A stretch of DNA of 64,000 nucleotides, taken from assembly GCA_002269645.1 (NCBI GenBank), contig NIVC01002805.1, positions 39,967-103,966 of the forward strand, written 5' to 3'. The position numbers were made by a program, and so were the translations under genes. The notes beneath the pieces are model-generated. The model had not been told where the DNA came from. It did not search any database and saw only the letters and a program-made list of their open reading frames with translations. The DNA is from Macrostomum lignano (Eukaryota). Shown here one piece after another: positions 52,076-64,000 of this stretch (position 1 is its first letter; every line of letters starts with the position of its first letter).

Positions 52076-52455
52076 CTGGTTGGTTGATTGATTGATTGGC
52101 TGGTTGATTGATTGATTGATTAATAGATTGATTGATTTGTCTGGTTGATTGATTGATTGATTGATTGGCTGGTTGGCTGATTGATTGGCTGGTTGATTGA
52201 TTGATTGGTTGATTGATTGGCTGGTTGATTGATTAATTGATTGGCTGATTGATTGATTGATTAATTGGTTGATTGGCTGGTTGATTGATTAATTGATTGG
52301 CTGATTGATTGATTGATTAATTGGTTGATTGGCTGGTTGATAAGTTGATCGATCGGTTGGTTGGTTGATTGATTAGTTGATTGGTTGGGTGGTTGATTGG
52401 GTGGTTGATTAGTTGATTGATTGATTGATTGACTGGCTGGTTGATTGATAGATTT
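51578..52455. repeat. (ATTG)n/(TTGGCTGG) compound microsatellite
   Basis: Direct reading. Confidence 0.93.
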
Positions 52456-52929
52456 TTTTTAATCATTTGGATGACTAAGCAGCTGATCAAGCTGTGTTGA
52501 CGAATTGATTGATCAGACGGATTGCCTAATCGATGGGATAATCAGTTAATCTGAATCCCACAGATTATTGGCCATGCCCGCCAATCTGGGGGCATCAAAG
52601 CTGCTCATGCTAATACCGGTTCTGTTATCCATTTTCATTCGTTAGATCAAAGTAAATCAATGCCTCTGTGCTATATGTGACCTAGTTGTGTGCAATGTGC
52701 TCGTGTGAGGTTGCACATCATGCCACCCTGTTGCATTCAAGTTCATGTACCGTAAATTCCTGATATTCCCATTACTTACTAAGTAGTATGTTAAAAATTA
52801 AACCAGCGTTTTTTAATGCGCCTATGGTGGAATTCTTTGCGGCATTTTTTCTGTGCGTTATTACAATTTCTGCCTTTTTTTACTTATTAAAAAGTTACAA
52901 TTAAGATTCTTTAATGATCATATCGTTTT

Positions 52930-53950
52930 CTTAGAATAAGCGCCCCAGTTTTTTTGGAATAATCGCCCCGGATTTCTTGGAATAATCGCCCCAGATTTCT
53001 TAGAATAAGCGCCCAGATTTTTTGAAAAAATTGCCCAAGATTTTTTGGAATAATTGCACCATATTTGTTAGAATAATGGCAACCGTTTTCTTGGAATAAT
53101 CACCATAGTTTTTTGGAATAATCGCCCCGGATTTCTTAGAATAATGCCCCAGATTTCTTGGAATAATCGCCCCAGATTCTTGGAATAGTCGCCCCCAGAT
53201 TTCTTAAAATAATCGCCCCAGATTCTTGGAATAATCGCCCCATATTTCTTGGAATAATCGCCCCATCTTTCTTGAAATAATCGCCCCATCTTTCTTGAAA
53301 TAATCGCCTGTTTTCTTGGAAAAATCACTCAAGATTTCTTGGAATAATTGCACCATATTTCTTAGAATAATAGCAACCGTTTTCTTGGAATAATCGCCCC
53401 CGTTTTTTAAGGATAATCGCCATATTTTTTTGGAAAAATCGCCTCCGTTGTTTGAGTAAGTCTTCAGCTTTCAAGATTAATCGCCCCCGATTTCTTAAAA
53501 TAATCGCCCCAGATTTCTTGGAATAATTTCCCTAGTGGAATAATCGCCTAGATTTATTAAAATAATCGCCCCAGATTTCTTGGAATAATCGCCCATATTT
53601 ATTGGAATTATCGCCCCAGATTCTTGGAATAATCACCCAGAATTCTTGGAATAATCGCCCCAGATTCTTGGAATAATCACCCAGAATTCTTGGAATAATC
53701 ACCCAGAATTCTTGGAATAATCGCCCCAGATTCTTGGAATAATCGCCCCATATTTCTTGGAATAATCGCCCCATATTTCTTGAAATAATTGTCTCATATT
53801 TCTTGGAAAAAATGCCCAAGATTTCTTGGAATAATTGCACCATATTTCTTAGAATAATAGCAACCGTTATCTTGGAATAATCACCATAGTTTTTTGGAAT
53901 AATCGCCCACGATTTCTTAGAAAATCATCATAGTTTTCTTGGAATAATTC
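52930..53950. repeat. ~23-bp minisatellite (TTGGAATAATCGCCCCAGATTTC)n
   Basis: Tandem imperfect copies. Confidence 0.92.
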
Positions 53951-53984
53951 CTCGGCAACCCCGCAGCACCAGCAGCAACCGAAC

Positions 53985-54293
53985 ATGCCACTGTGCGGAG
54001 GAACCGGAGAGGCTCGCCAGCCGTCACCCGAAGAGGTCGAACTCCTAGTTGCCATGCGACCCCATGTTGAGTCCCGCCTCGGCCGTTCGGTCGAACAATT
54101 TGAGCCTCGCCTAGTTGCCACCCAGGTGGTGGCCGGAACCAACTACTTTGCCAAGGTGCACATTGGCAGCGATTCGTTTGTCCACATCCGCGTGTTCAAG
54201 CCGCTGCCGCACACCAACGAGCCGCCGGCTCTGCACGGCATTCAGGCCGAGAAGTCCGCTAGCGATGAGCTGGCATTCTTCAGCTCCGAGTGA
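53985..54293 (+). CDS. Type-1 cystatin (stefin, cystatin-A/B-like), 102 aa, intronless
   Basis: N-terminal Gly (LCGG), hallmark QVVAG, GTNYFAKV, VHIRVFKPLP; no signal peptide. Confidence 0.95.
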   Translation: MPLCGGTGEARQPSPEEVELLVAMRPHVESRLGRSVEQFEPRLVATQVVAGTNYFAKVHIGSDSFVHIRVFKPLPHTNEPPALHGIQAEKSASDELAFFSSE

Positions 54294-54464
54294 GCGAGCA
54301 CCTTAATTACCTGCTAATTGGTCTGGGGGGGGGGGGCTGATTTCAATACAAACTAAACAATAAAATTGATCGGAGCCCAGTTTGATTGCTGCAAAATCCC
54401 AATTATATTATTCCGTTTTTTACCACTGCTTGCTACTGACCAGCAGTGCGTAGTAGTGTGTTGA

Positions 54465-55112
54465 GGGGCGTCGCCACCGGGGGGGGGACAAGGAGGTTAT
54501 GTCCTGCAAGTAAAAGCTATGGGGGGTGGGGGGACATGCCAATGTTTTGTCCCCCCACCCAACCTTCTAACCAGAAATCAATAATCAATAATTTTGCGTT
54601 AAATTGAGTGTCTGCGGCGCCACAATGAGTGTCTGCGGCGCCACAATGAGTGTCTGCGGCGCCACAATGAGTGTCAGTGGCGCTAAAATGAGTGCCTGCG
54701 GCGCCACAATGAGTGCCTGCGGCGCTAAATTGAGTGTCTGCGGCGCCACAATGAGTGCCTGCGGCGCCACAATGACAATGAGTGTCTGCGGCGCCACAAT
54801 GAGTGTCTGCGGCGCCAAAATGAGTGTCTGCGGCGCCACAATGAGTGCCTCCGGCGCCAAAATGAGTGCCTGCGGCGCCACAATGAGTGCCTGCGGCGCC
54901 AAAATGAGTGCCTGCGGCGCCACAATGAGTGCCTGCGGCGCCAAAATGAGTGTCTGCGGCGCCACAATGAGTGCCTGCATCGCCACAATGAGTGCCTGCG
55001 GCGTTAAAATCAGCGCTGACAACACCGATTCTGAAGAATGTACATTTACAATTGTACATCTAGAATTCTTGGCTTTGTCCCCCCCCCACCATAAAATCCA
55101 TGGCGACGCCCC
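54465..55112. mobile_element. MITE-like element with internal 21-bp minisatellite
   Basis: Perfect 12-bp TIR GGGGCGTCGCCA / TGGCGACGCCCC. Internal (GTCTGCGGCGCCACAATGAGT)n. Shares repeat and tail with 20345-20674. No clear TSD. Confidence 0.75.
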
Positions 55113-55374
55113 AGTCTTGGTAAATTGTGTCGATTTTTTGTTTAATTTCTCATTAGCAATATCATGATTTTTTTCTATTTATTCTCGCGATTAATCGATC
55201 GATTTTTTTACTGTAAATCGGCACTCTAAACGGTAATAAAAGTATGCAACTTATTCAGTACCTCAACTATTATATGAGGCATCCTTATAAATCAAATCCT
55301 TGTCTCGAGTTCTCTCAATGATAAATTGCCTATTTTTTTCATTTTCTCATCCTTCGCAATCGGGAGTTGGGTAA

Positions 55375-55610
55375 TCGATCAATCAATCAATCGATTGCAC
55401 CCAAGTCGTTGGGATTAGTTTTCAAGATCTCTGCTAGCTTCGGGCACTGTGCCATTTTATGTAACTAAAGCTGTGGGATCTTATATTTTGTTTCTTTTTA
55501 TCTGAGCATTGCCGTGGCAAAATTTAGCGCACACAAGTCCCGAATATTTGTGGGGCCGCGCAGGGAATCGAACCAAGAAACCCTTTGACTGCTGAGCTGC
55601 TCTGCCTTCC
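55375..55610 (-). mobile_element. Possible degenerate tRNA-derived SINE (second family)
   Basis: Minus strand has a B-box GGTTCGATTCC and a (GATT)n tail; the rest is poorly conserved. Confidence 0.35.
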
Positions 55611-55659
55611 TCCAATTAAATTTTCTAAATGTCCATCACGTCGGTCGCAACTACGAGCG

Positions 55660-56572
55660 GATCTATCAATCCATCTATCCATCTATCTATCTATCCACCT
55701 GTCCATCTATCTATCCATCTATCCACCTGCCCATCTATCTATCCATCTATCCATCTATCTATCTATCCACCTGTCCATCTATCTATCCATCTATCCACCT
55801 GTCCATCTATCTATCCATCAATCCACCTGTCCTTCTATCTATCCATCTGTCCATCTATCTATCTATCCATCTATCTATCTATCTATCCATCTTTCCATCT
55901 ATCTATCTATCCATCCATCTATCCATCTATCCATCTGTCCATCTATCTATCCATCTATCCACCTGTCCATCTATCCATCTGTCCATCTATCCACCTGTCC
56001 ATCTATCTATCCATCTATCCACCTGTCCATCTATCTATCCATCTATCCATCTGTCCATCTATCTATCTGTCCATCTATCTATCCATCTATCCACCTGTCC
56101 ATCTATCCATCTGTCCATCTATCCACCTGTCCATCTATCTATCCATCTATCCACCTGTCCATCTATCTATCGATCTATCCACCTGTCCATCTATCTATCC
56201 ATCTATCCATCTGTCCATCTATCTATCCATCTATCCATCTGTCCATCTATCTATCCATCTGTCCATCTATCTATCCATCTATCCATCTACCTATCTGTCC
56301 ATCTATCTATCCATCTGTCCATCTATCTATCCATCTGTCCATCTATCTATCCATCTATCCACCTGTCCATCTATCCACCTGTCCATCTACCCATCTGTCC
56401 ATCTATCTATCCATCTGTCTATCTATCTATCCATCTGTCCATCTATCTATCCATCTATCCACCTGTCCATCTACCCATCTGTCCATCTATCTATCCATCT
56501 GTCCATTTATCTATCCGTCTATCCATCTGTCCATCTATCTATCCATCTGTCCATCTATCTATCTATCTATCT
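55660..56572. repeat. (ATCT/ATCC/ACCT) compound microsatellite
   Basis: Direct reading. Confidence 0.95.
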
Positions 56573-56994
56573 GCACAGCATGCTAGCTATTTTCAGATAT
56601 GCAAGAACGGCTGCAGCTCATTCATCTCGTTCTTGTGATATAGGCAGTTCAGTTTTGTATTACAAAAGATTATTTATGCGATGCGATTGACGGATTCGCT
56701 CCCGAACATCCGGGATTACTGAAAACCTGTCAAATTTTGCTTTAGCTCGTAAAACTCGCATCGATCTGAAAGGCCTTTCAGCGCCTCATGAAGCGTCAAT
56801 GGCGCAGCACAGGCGCGAAGCAATCACACACTGCTGTATAGAATACTCTCTATACTCTACATGTATTTTGGCAGCCCCTGACAGTGTCCACAGAATTTGG
56901 GTTTGAAGCAAGCAATATAAACAGTGTAACAGTGCGTTAGCTATAGATCTACACGACGCCAAGCACTTGATCAGCAGGTGTAAATAAATATTTG

Positions 56995-57562
56995 CGTGTG
57001 TACACAGACAGAGAGCGCTGTGTGTACATAGACAGAGCAGGTGTGTGTACACAGACAGAACAGGTGTGTGTACACAGACAGAAGGTGTGTGTACACAGAC
57101 AGAACAGTTGTGTGTACACAGACAGAACAGTTGTGTGTACACAGACAGAACAGGTGTGTGTACACAGACAGAACAGGTGTGTGTACACAGATAGAACAGG
57201 TGTGTGTACACAGACGGAACAGGTGTGTGTACACAGACAGAACAGGTGTGTGTACACAGACAGAACAGGTGTGTGTACACAGACAGAACAGGTGTGTGTA
57301 CACAGACAGAACAGGTGTGTGTACACAGACGGAACAGGTGTGTGTACACAGACAGAACAGGTGTGTGTACACAGACAGAACAGGTGTGTGTACACAGACG
57401 GAACAGCTGCTGTGTGTACACAGATAGAACTGGTGTGTGTACACAGACAGAACAGGTGTGTATATACAGACGGAACAGGTGTATGTACAGACAGAACAGC
57501 TGTGTGTACGCAGACAACAGGTGTGTGTACACAGACAGGACAGCTGTGTGTACACAGACAGA
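56995..57562. repeat. 23-bp minisatellite (ACAGGTGTGTGTACACAGACAGA)n
   Basis: About 24 copies. Confidence 0.95.
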
Positions 57563-57964
57563 ACCACCATCACCACAATTTGGAGTTGCATAGCGTCGCA
57601 GAGCTGCTGTCCAGCCCTGTTGCAGGCCAACTTGCACTTGCGCAGAGATATTCAGCAAAATTTCCGATTGTATTGCAACGAGCCTGCAGTAGCCAGCTGC
57701 GATATAAATATAGACAGGATTCCCGCTTCTATCATAAATTTCATGCTCCTAAATCAACAGCTGACAGTGGCAGTCTGCTTATCCATATTTGTCTATTTTG
57801 TATGTAATGATCATACGCGTGTACTTCTGTGAAATATTTCTTAGGATATTCTAGCTACAGTGTCCAAGTAATCAATGCAGTCTGAGTGCATGAGAATACG
57901 AAATGAGTTAAAAGAAGGATGGTTCTGGTAGACACCTAATGATCATGCTACAGTATATTCCAAA

Positions 57965-58745
57965 TTGATCTGGTAGACTCCACAGTCATCTGGTAGACTC
58001 CACAGTCATCTGGTAGATTCCACAGTTATCTGGTAGATTCCACACTTATCTGGTAGCTTCCACAGCCAGCTGGTAGATTCCACACTTATCTGGTAGCTTC
58101 CACAGCCATCTGGTAGATTCCACAACCATCTGGTAGATTTCAAAGCAATCTGGTAGATTCCACAGCCATCTGGTAGATTTCAAAGCAATCTGGTAGATTC
58201 CACAGCCATCTGGTAGATTCCACAGCCATCTGGTAGATTCCACAGTCATCTGGTAGATTCCACAACCATCTGGTAGATTTCAAAGCAATCTGGTAGATTC
58301 GACAGCCATCTGGTAGATTTCACAGCCAGCAGGTAGATTTCACAGCCATCTGGTAGATTCCACAGCCATCTGGTAAATTTCAAAGCAATCTGGTAGATTC
58401 CACAGTCATCTGGTAGATTCCACAGCCAGCAGGTAGATTCCACAACCATCTGGTAGATTTCACAGCCATTTGGTAGATTCCACAACCATCTGGTAGATTT
58501 CAAAGCAATCTGGTAGATTCCACAGTTATCTGGTAGATTCCACAGCCAGTTGGTAGATTCCACAGTTATCTGGTAGATTCCACAACCAGCTGGTAGATTC
58601 CACAGTTATCTGTAGATTCCTCAGTTATCTGGTAGACTCCACAATCATCTGGTAGATTCGAAAGTTATCTGGTAGATTCCAAACTCATCTGGTAGATTCC
58701 AGTCATCTAGTAGATTCCACAGTCATCTAGTAGATTCCACAGTAG
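57965..58745. repeat. 20-bp minisatellite (CATCTGGTAGATTCCACAGC)n
   Basis: About 38 copies. Confidence 0.95.
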
Positions 58746-59449
58746 ATTCATCTCGTCGACACCCCGGTGCTCTGGTAGATCGGTTTCCATTCAAAGGCAT
58801 AAGTTTCCAAGAAGCAGAAAAATACCCGTCATTCCAACCCCAGAGCCATCTACGGTTTCCAAGTAGGCGAACTGCCCATCCAGCTTTAATTATCAACCAG
58901 CTTGAAAGCTAAAGGTGCAAAAATGCAGTACAAGTATTTTTTCTATCAGCTTCGCTAAAAGCAGCACTGTAATTAAGGAATTAATGGCGCAAGAAATGGA
59001 CCCGTGTAGAAATCGCGGAAGGACAGCAACAGAAGTTGCGCAGGCAGAGCGTTTAGAAATCAAGCCATAAAAGTAAGCTGCAGGTCTGCATGCGTTCGTC
59101 GAACTGCCTGCCTGCTTCCCCCAGACAGCATGGCCGACTTTCCTGCAGACCGCAAGTTAACCGCGATCTCTTGGCTCTCTGTTAATAAACGGAAAGTTCT
59201 GGACCACTGGCCAGGCCTATACATCTACATGATATGTATATACGTTAGGTACAGGAACAGACTACTGGTAGAAGCTGAAGAAATTTTCTAAAACGCAATA
59301 AATTCCTAATTTTACTCTCCTTAATTCCGTCCTCAAAATTTTTGGTCCGCTGGCACGAACGCACACAGGGCATCATTCGTAATTAGGTGTGACCAGGTTG
59401 TGGTGACAGCTCCTCTACAATCCACGTATATATTAACCTGCTCAAAGCT

Positions 59450-61345
59450 ACCTTCCGATCGAGACATTCCTTTGAACCTACAGACCTTCTGATTGAGAAA
59501 TCCTTTAAACCTACAGACCTTCTGATTGAGAAATCCTTTAAACCTACGGACCTTCTGATTGAGAAATCCTTTAAACCTACGGACCTTCTGATTGAGAAAT
59601 CCTTTAAACCTACGGACCTTCTGATTGAGAAATCCTTTAAACCTACAGACCTTCTGATTGAGACATTCCTTTAAACCTACAGACCTTCTTTCTGATCGAG
59701 ACATTCCTTTAAACCTACAGACCTTCTGATCGAGACATTCCTTTGAACCCACAGACCTTCTTTCTGATCGAGACATTCCTTTAAACATACAGACCTTCTG
59801 ATCGAGACATTCCTTTGAACCTACAGACCTTCTTTCTGATCGAGACATCCTTTAAACCTACAGAACTTCTGATCGAGACATTCCTTTGAACCTACAGACC
59901 TTCTTTCTGATCGAGACATTCCTTTAAACCTACAGAACTTCTGATCGAGACATTCCTTTGAACCTACAGACCTTCTTTCTGATCGAGACATCCTTTAAAC
60001 CTACAGAACTTCTGATTGAGACATTCCTTTGAACCTACAGACCTTCTGATCGAGACATTCCTTTAAACCTACAGAACTTCTGATTGAGACATCCTTTAAA
60101 CCTACGGACCTTCTGATTGAGACATTCCTTTGAACCTTGCAGACCTTCTGATCGAGACATTCCTTTAAACCTACAGAACTTCTGATTGAGACATTCCTTT
60201 AAACCTACAGACCTTCTGATTGAGACATTCCTTTAAACCTACAGAACTTCTGATTGAGACATTCCTTTAAACCTACAGAACTTCTGATTGAGACATTCCT
60301 TTAAACCTACAGAACTTCTGATTGAGACATTCCTTTAAACCTACAGAACTTCTGATTGAGACATCCTTTAAACCTACGGACCTTCTGATAGAGACATTCC
60401 TTTAAACCTACAGACCTTCTGATTGAGACATTCCTTTAAACCTACAGACCTTCTTTCTGATCGAGACATTCCTTTAAACCTACAGACCTTCTGATCGAGA
60501 CATTCCTTTGAACCTACAGACCTTCTTTCTGATCGAGACATTCCTTTAAACATACAGACCTTCTGATCGAGACATTCCTTTGAACCTACAGACATTCTTT
60601 CTGATCGAGACATTCCTTTGAACCTACAGACCTTCTTTCTGATCGAGACATCCTTTAAACCTACAGAACTTCTGATCGAGACATTCCTTTGAACCTACAG
60701 ACCTTCTGATCGAGACATTCCTTTAAACCTACAGAACTTCTGATTGAGACATCCTTTAAACCTACGGACCTTCTGATAGAGACATTCCTTTAAACCTACA
60801 GACCTTCTGATTGAGACATTCCTTTAAACCTACAGAACTTCTGATCGAGACATTCCTTTGAACCTACAGACCTGATCGAGACATTCCTTTAAACCTACGG
60901 ACCTTCTGATTGAGACATTCCTTTGAACCTTGCAGACCTTCTGATCGAGACATTCCTTTAAACCTACAGAACTTCTGATTGAGACATTCCTTTAAACCTA
61001 CAGACCTTCTGATTGAGACATTCCTTTAAACCTACAGACCTTCTGATTGAGACATTCCTTTAAACCTACAGAACTTCTGATTGAGACATTCCTTTAAACC
61101 TACAGAACTTCTGATTGAGACATCCTTTAAACCTACGGACCTTCTGATAGAGACATTCCTTTAAACCTACAGACCTTCTGATTGAGACATTCCTTTAAAC
61201 CTACAGAACTTCTGATCGAGACATTCCTTTGAACCTACAGACCTGATCGAGACATTCCTTTAAACCTACAGACCTTCTGATCGAGACATTCCTTTAAACC
61301 TACAGACCTTTCTGATCGAGACATTCCTTTGAACCTACAGAACTT
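59450..61345. repeat. 33-38-bp minisatellite (GAGACATTCCTTTAAACCTACAGACCTTCTGATT)n
   Basis: About 55 copies over 1.9 kb. Confidence 0.96.
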
Positions 61346-61367
61346 CAGGGTATACTTCTATGCACAA

Positions 61368-61650
61368 GGGGCTGTAGCCCAGTGGGTAAAACGTCAGACT
61401 CACGACTGAAAGGTCGGGGGTTCGATTCTGGGCTCAACTCGAAACAGTTTGTGTCCTTGAGCAAGACACTTAACTCTGCATTGCTTCAGCTTACCCAGCT
61501 GTAAAATGGGTGCCAGCATTAGCTGGGGTAATTGAGGGTGCCCAGTCCTTGGACTGAACAGCCGTACGCAGCCTTCAGATGCGCCGCGCAATAGCTGCGG
61601 CTGAGCTGTCGGTTGCACATCTGCCCATTAGGGCAGATGTATAATTAATT
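61368..61650 (+). mobile_element. tRNA-derived CORE-like SINE, copy 3
   Basis: Same head, B-box, core and 3' region as the 5778 copy, with a short internal deletion and an AT-rich tail. Confidence 0.88.
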
Positions 61651-63292
61651 AATAACTATGCTTTACAGACCTTCAGGAACCACTCGTAAACTGAATGTGT
61701 ACACATGCACTACCACAAACCCCTTTAATGTATATTTGTAGAAGTTTTATGTTGGACTTTTCAACAGAGTCGCTGCTTTCAGTAAATCACCCTACGGCTA
61801 CTGCATTTTCTGGCACAATGACGAATTGTTTTCTGTTAGCAAGAATGCGAGCGGCAATTATTACAAAACCGGACTTAAAGTTCAATTATTTTTGTTCCAG
61901 AAACTTTTTTGTTTTGTTGGCCTGCCGGCTTTCTGCTGTAATGCCAGTACGAAATTCCACCGGACCAAGATGAAGAATGATGACGTCTGAAATGAATTTG
62001 CACTAATTTGTACTATTGAGGCTGGGCCCAGTTCGGCTAGCTAATGGTTATAGTGAGTGTCTGCACTGCTTAGACAGGCTTTGTGCTACACTACGATAGT
62101 GAAGAGATATATGGCGCTAAGCTACATGTATGCATTTAGTTGCAACAGTCTGGTTCAGTTAGACGTTGGATGCATCTTCGTGAAAAGTCGACGGTACCGT
62201 AACCTATATTTGAATGCCCATCATTTATCATTATCTGACAGTAAGTCCAGTCACTTGATTGCAAGGAAGCTGCAGATGTTTGCGAAATTGTTTTTTTTAT
62301 AAACTTTTATTAATCCAATTTGAAATTAATATAGTTATGCATTTAGTTATTCATGGATGTCGCCATGGATGTTTTATAATCAATTTGTAACGATTGGGTC
62401 TTACGGAGGCGTCTTTCGGAGCTGGCGAAACCCTTTGAAAATTGCATGTAGAGATCGTAGCAACATGGTAGAATTCCCCTCAGGGGATTCCTGAGTGCGA
62501 ACTCAAACAGACACTGGAGTATTTTTCGGGTAGCTAATAGTAGTCCTTGGGGATAGTCTGCTGTATCAATTTGAAGATAAAATAGATGAACTGCACCCAA
62601 AGTCCAAAAAAGAAGCATTCAATCAATTTTATTAAACGCAGAAGTTTTCAACAAGAGTCTGTTGAACTCAGTCTGCAAAAAAGTACATTGATTATCAGTA
62701 TTTCAGTAGATAGTTAATCTACAATTTATGAGTGAATTCTGCAAGCTTGGAATTCCATGTCTTCGAAATCGTGTGAGTTGTGAGCTATCAAAAGTGGTTA
62801 GTGACACTTTTCGAGCTTGTGAACTTGATTCGAGCTTGTTACGTTTCGAGGTTGCGAAACGCTCCTAGTGGGGATTAAAAGTTGGCAATTTTTTCTCGAG
62901 TGTAACGCCCTATAGCGACCACTAGAAGCTACCATGCTCCCGTTGAGATCGTCATAAAAAGCAAAACTTCGCTCCCCCTGCGGTTGTATTTCAATTTGCT
63001 TTAGCAGGTCAACAGCTGATTGAGATTGGTCACCAGTGCAGTACTCTCCTCCCTATTCCGGCCATTTCTTCCCTAGCTTTGGATCTGCAGGCCACTCAGC
63101 GTTCGCCAAAAGCTCGGCTTATGCAGCTGCCGAGCCCAATGCGGGTGGGCAAGGCGGACTGTTTTATATACGATGCAGGCCCCGTCGCAGCAGCCGCGGT
63201 CTGAAATGCTTCTCCCTGCAACCAGATCTATAATAATAAAAAGAACCTTTGAAGGTGCGAAAGAGCATCGCGAAAAAAAGGGTAGCTGAGCC

Positions 63293-63871
63293 ATGACTTT
63301 CCACGAAGTTTTCCAGCAGTTCTGCAGCAGCACTTCGCTGCGCGGAGCCGGTCGGCTTGTGTGAAAGCGCCAACTCGACATCTGCGGGCGATCTGGGCTG
63401 GCTACCTCTGCCTGATGGCGGCCGCCTCATCGCCTGCGTGTGCTTCATCGCCAAGGACTACCTGCAGTACAAGACCATCTCCAGACCACTATCGTCCTGA
63501 ACGACCCCACCATTGCGATACGGCCGTGACCGTCTGCAATCACTACCCATTCTCGAAGACGGCGGCGACTCTGTGGAGCAGCGGACAGGTTCTCTCGCCA
63601 ACGAATTTCTCGCACGAACTGCGTCGCCACAGCGTTTCAGCTGTTTAATTCGAGCGAGTTCTGATGGCGGAGAACGTACTGGCGAGCGACACCAAGAAAG
63701 TCTATTACCAGTCGCTAGAGCACAACGATGCCGTTAATCTCAGCTTCTCTGTGCCGCAGTTGTTCATCTTCTGCGTACGGTGTCGGGCCGTTCGTCGAGA
63801 TCAGCAATTGGAAAGACTGCAGCCTGCTGTTGAAGCGAGTCAGCCTGCCGTCTTACTTCAACTGCTATCAG
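63293..63871 (+). pseudogene. Frameshifted DEG/ENaC-family 5' exon (pseudogene or assembly-error-laden gene)
   Basis: Stitched frames give MTFHEVFQQFCSSTSLRG.. RAIWAGYLCLM.. LIACVCFIAKDYLQY.. TTIVL.. VTVCNHYPFS.. SFSVPQLFIFC.. LPSYFNCYQ|gt, colinear with the ENaC N-terminus, TM1, the TVCN motif and the CY motif. At least 5 frameshifts plus stops. Confidence 0.75.
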
Positions 63872-64000
63872 GTAGTTTGATTGCAGATCGCCTATACATG
63901 TGGCTGTTACACACCTGTGGCATGAGGTCGTAAATTCACCTGGAGGGAGCGAACGGCGGGAACTGAATTACAGACCGCCCGTGTGCATGTAATAAATTAA

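Noticed and set aside
61690-62620. Short exon-like ORFs (also 56786-56960, 57570-57780, 35200-35490)
   Set aside because: There is no recognisable domain or consistent exon chain, and they contain in-frame stops.

Overview
Repeat-rich eukaryotic (metazoan) genomic DNA with spliced genes. GC-rich exons sit in introns filled with micro- and minisatellites, a style reminiscent of the flatworm Macrostomum; the species is an inference and cannot be verified here. Genes reconstructed by hand from splice sites and motifs, in order: a ZU5/UPA/death-domain protein (+, ~0.6-6.4 kb); an uncharacterised ~945-aa protein (-, 8.6-13.5 kb); an intact 5-exon DEG/ENaC channel (-, 13.8-18.8 kb); a 3-exon rhodopsin-class GPCR (+, 24.1-29.8 kb); an A20/AN1 zinc-finger gene (ZFAND5/6-like, -, 37.7-40.8 kb); a CENP-X/MHF2-like histone-fold ORF whose stop lies only 4 nt before the ATG of TFIIH p34 (GTF2H3) (+, 47.1-51.5 kb); an intronless stefin/cystatin (+, 54 kb); and a frameshifted second DEG/ENaC fragment at the right edge. 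Mobile DNA includes three copies of a tRNA-headed CORE-like SINE, an 847-bp retroposed element with a 22-bp TSD, and hAT-like MITEs. Most long ORFs in the supplied track are artefacts of stop-free tandem repeats. The most notable observations are the tight CENP-X/GTF2H3 stop-start arrangement, a 17-copy CRE/E-box array in the GPCR first intron, and a CpG-depleted domain around the housekeeping genes.
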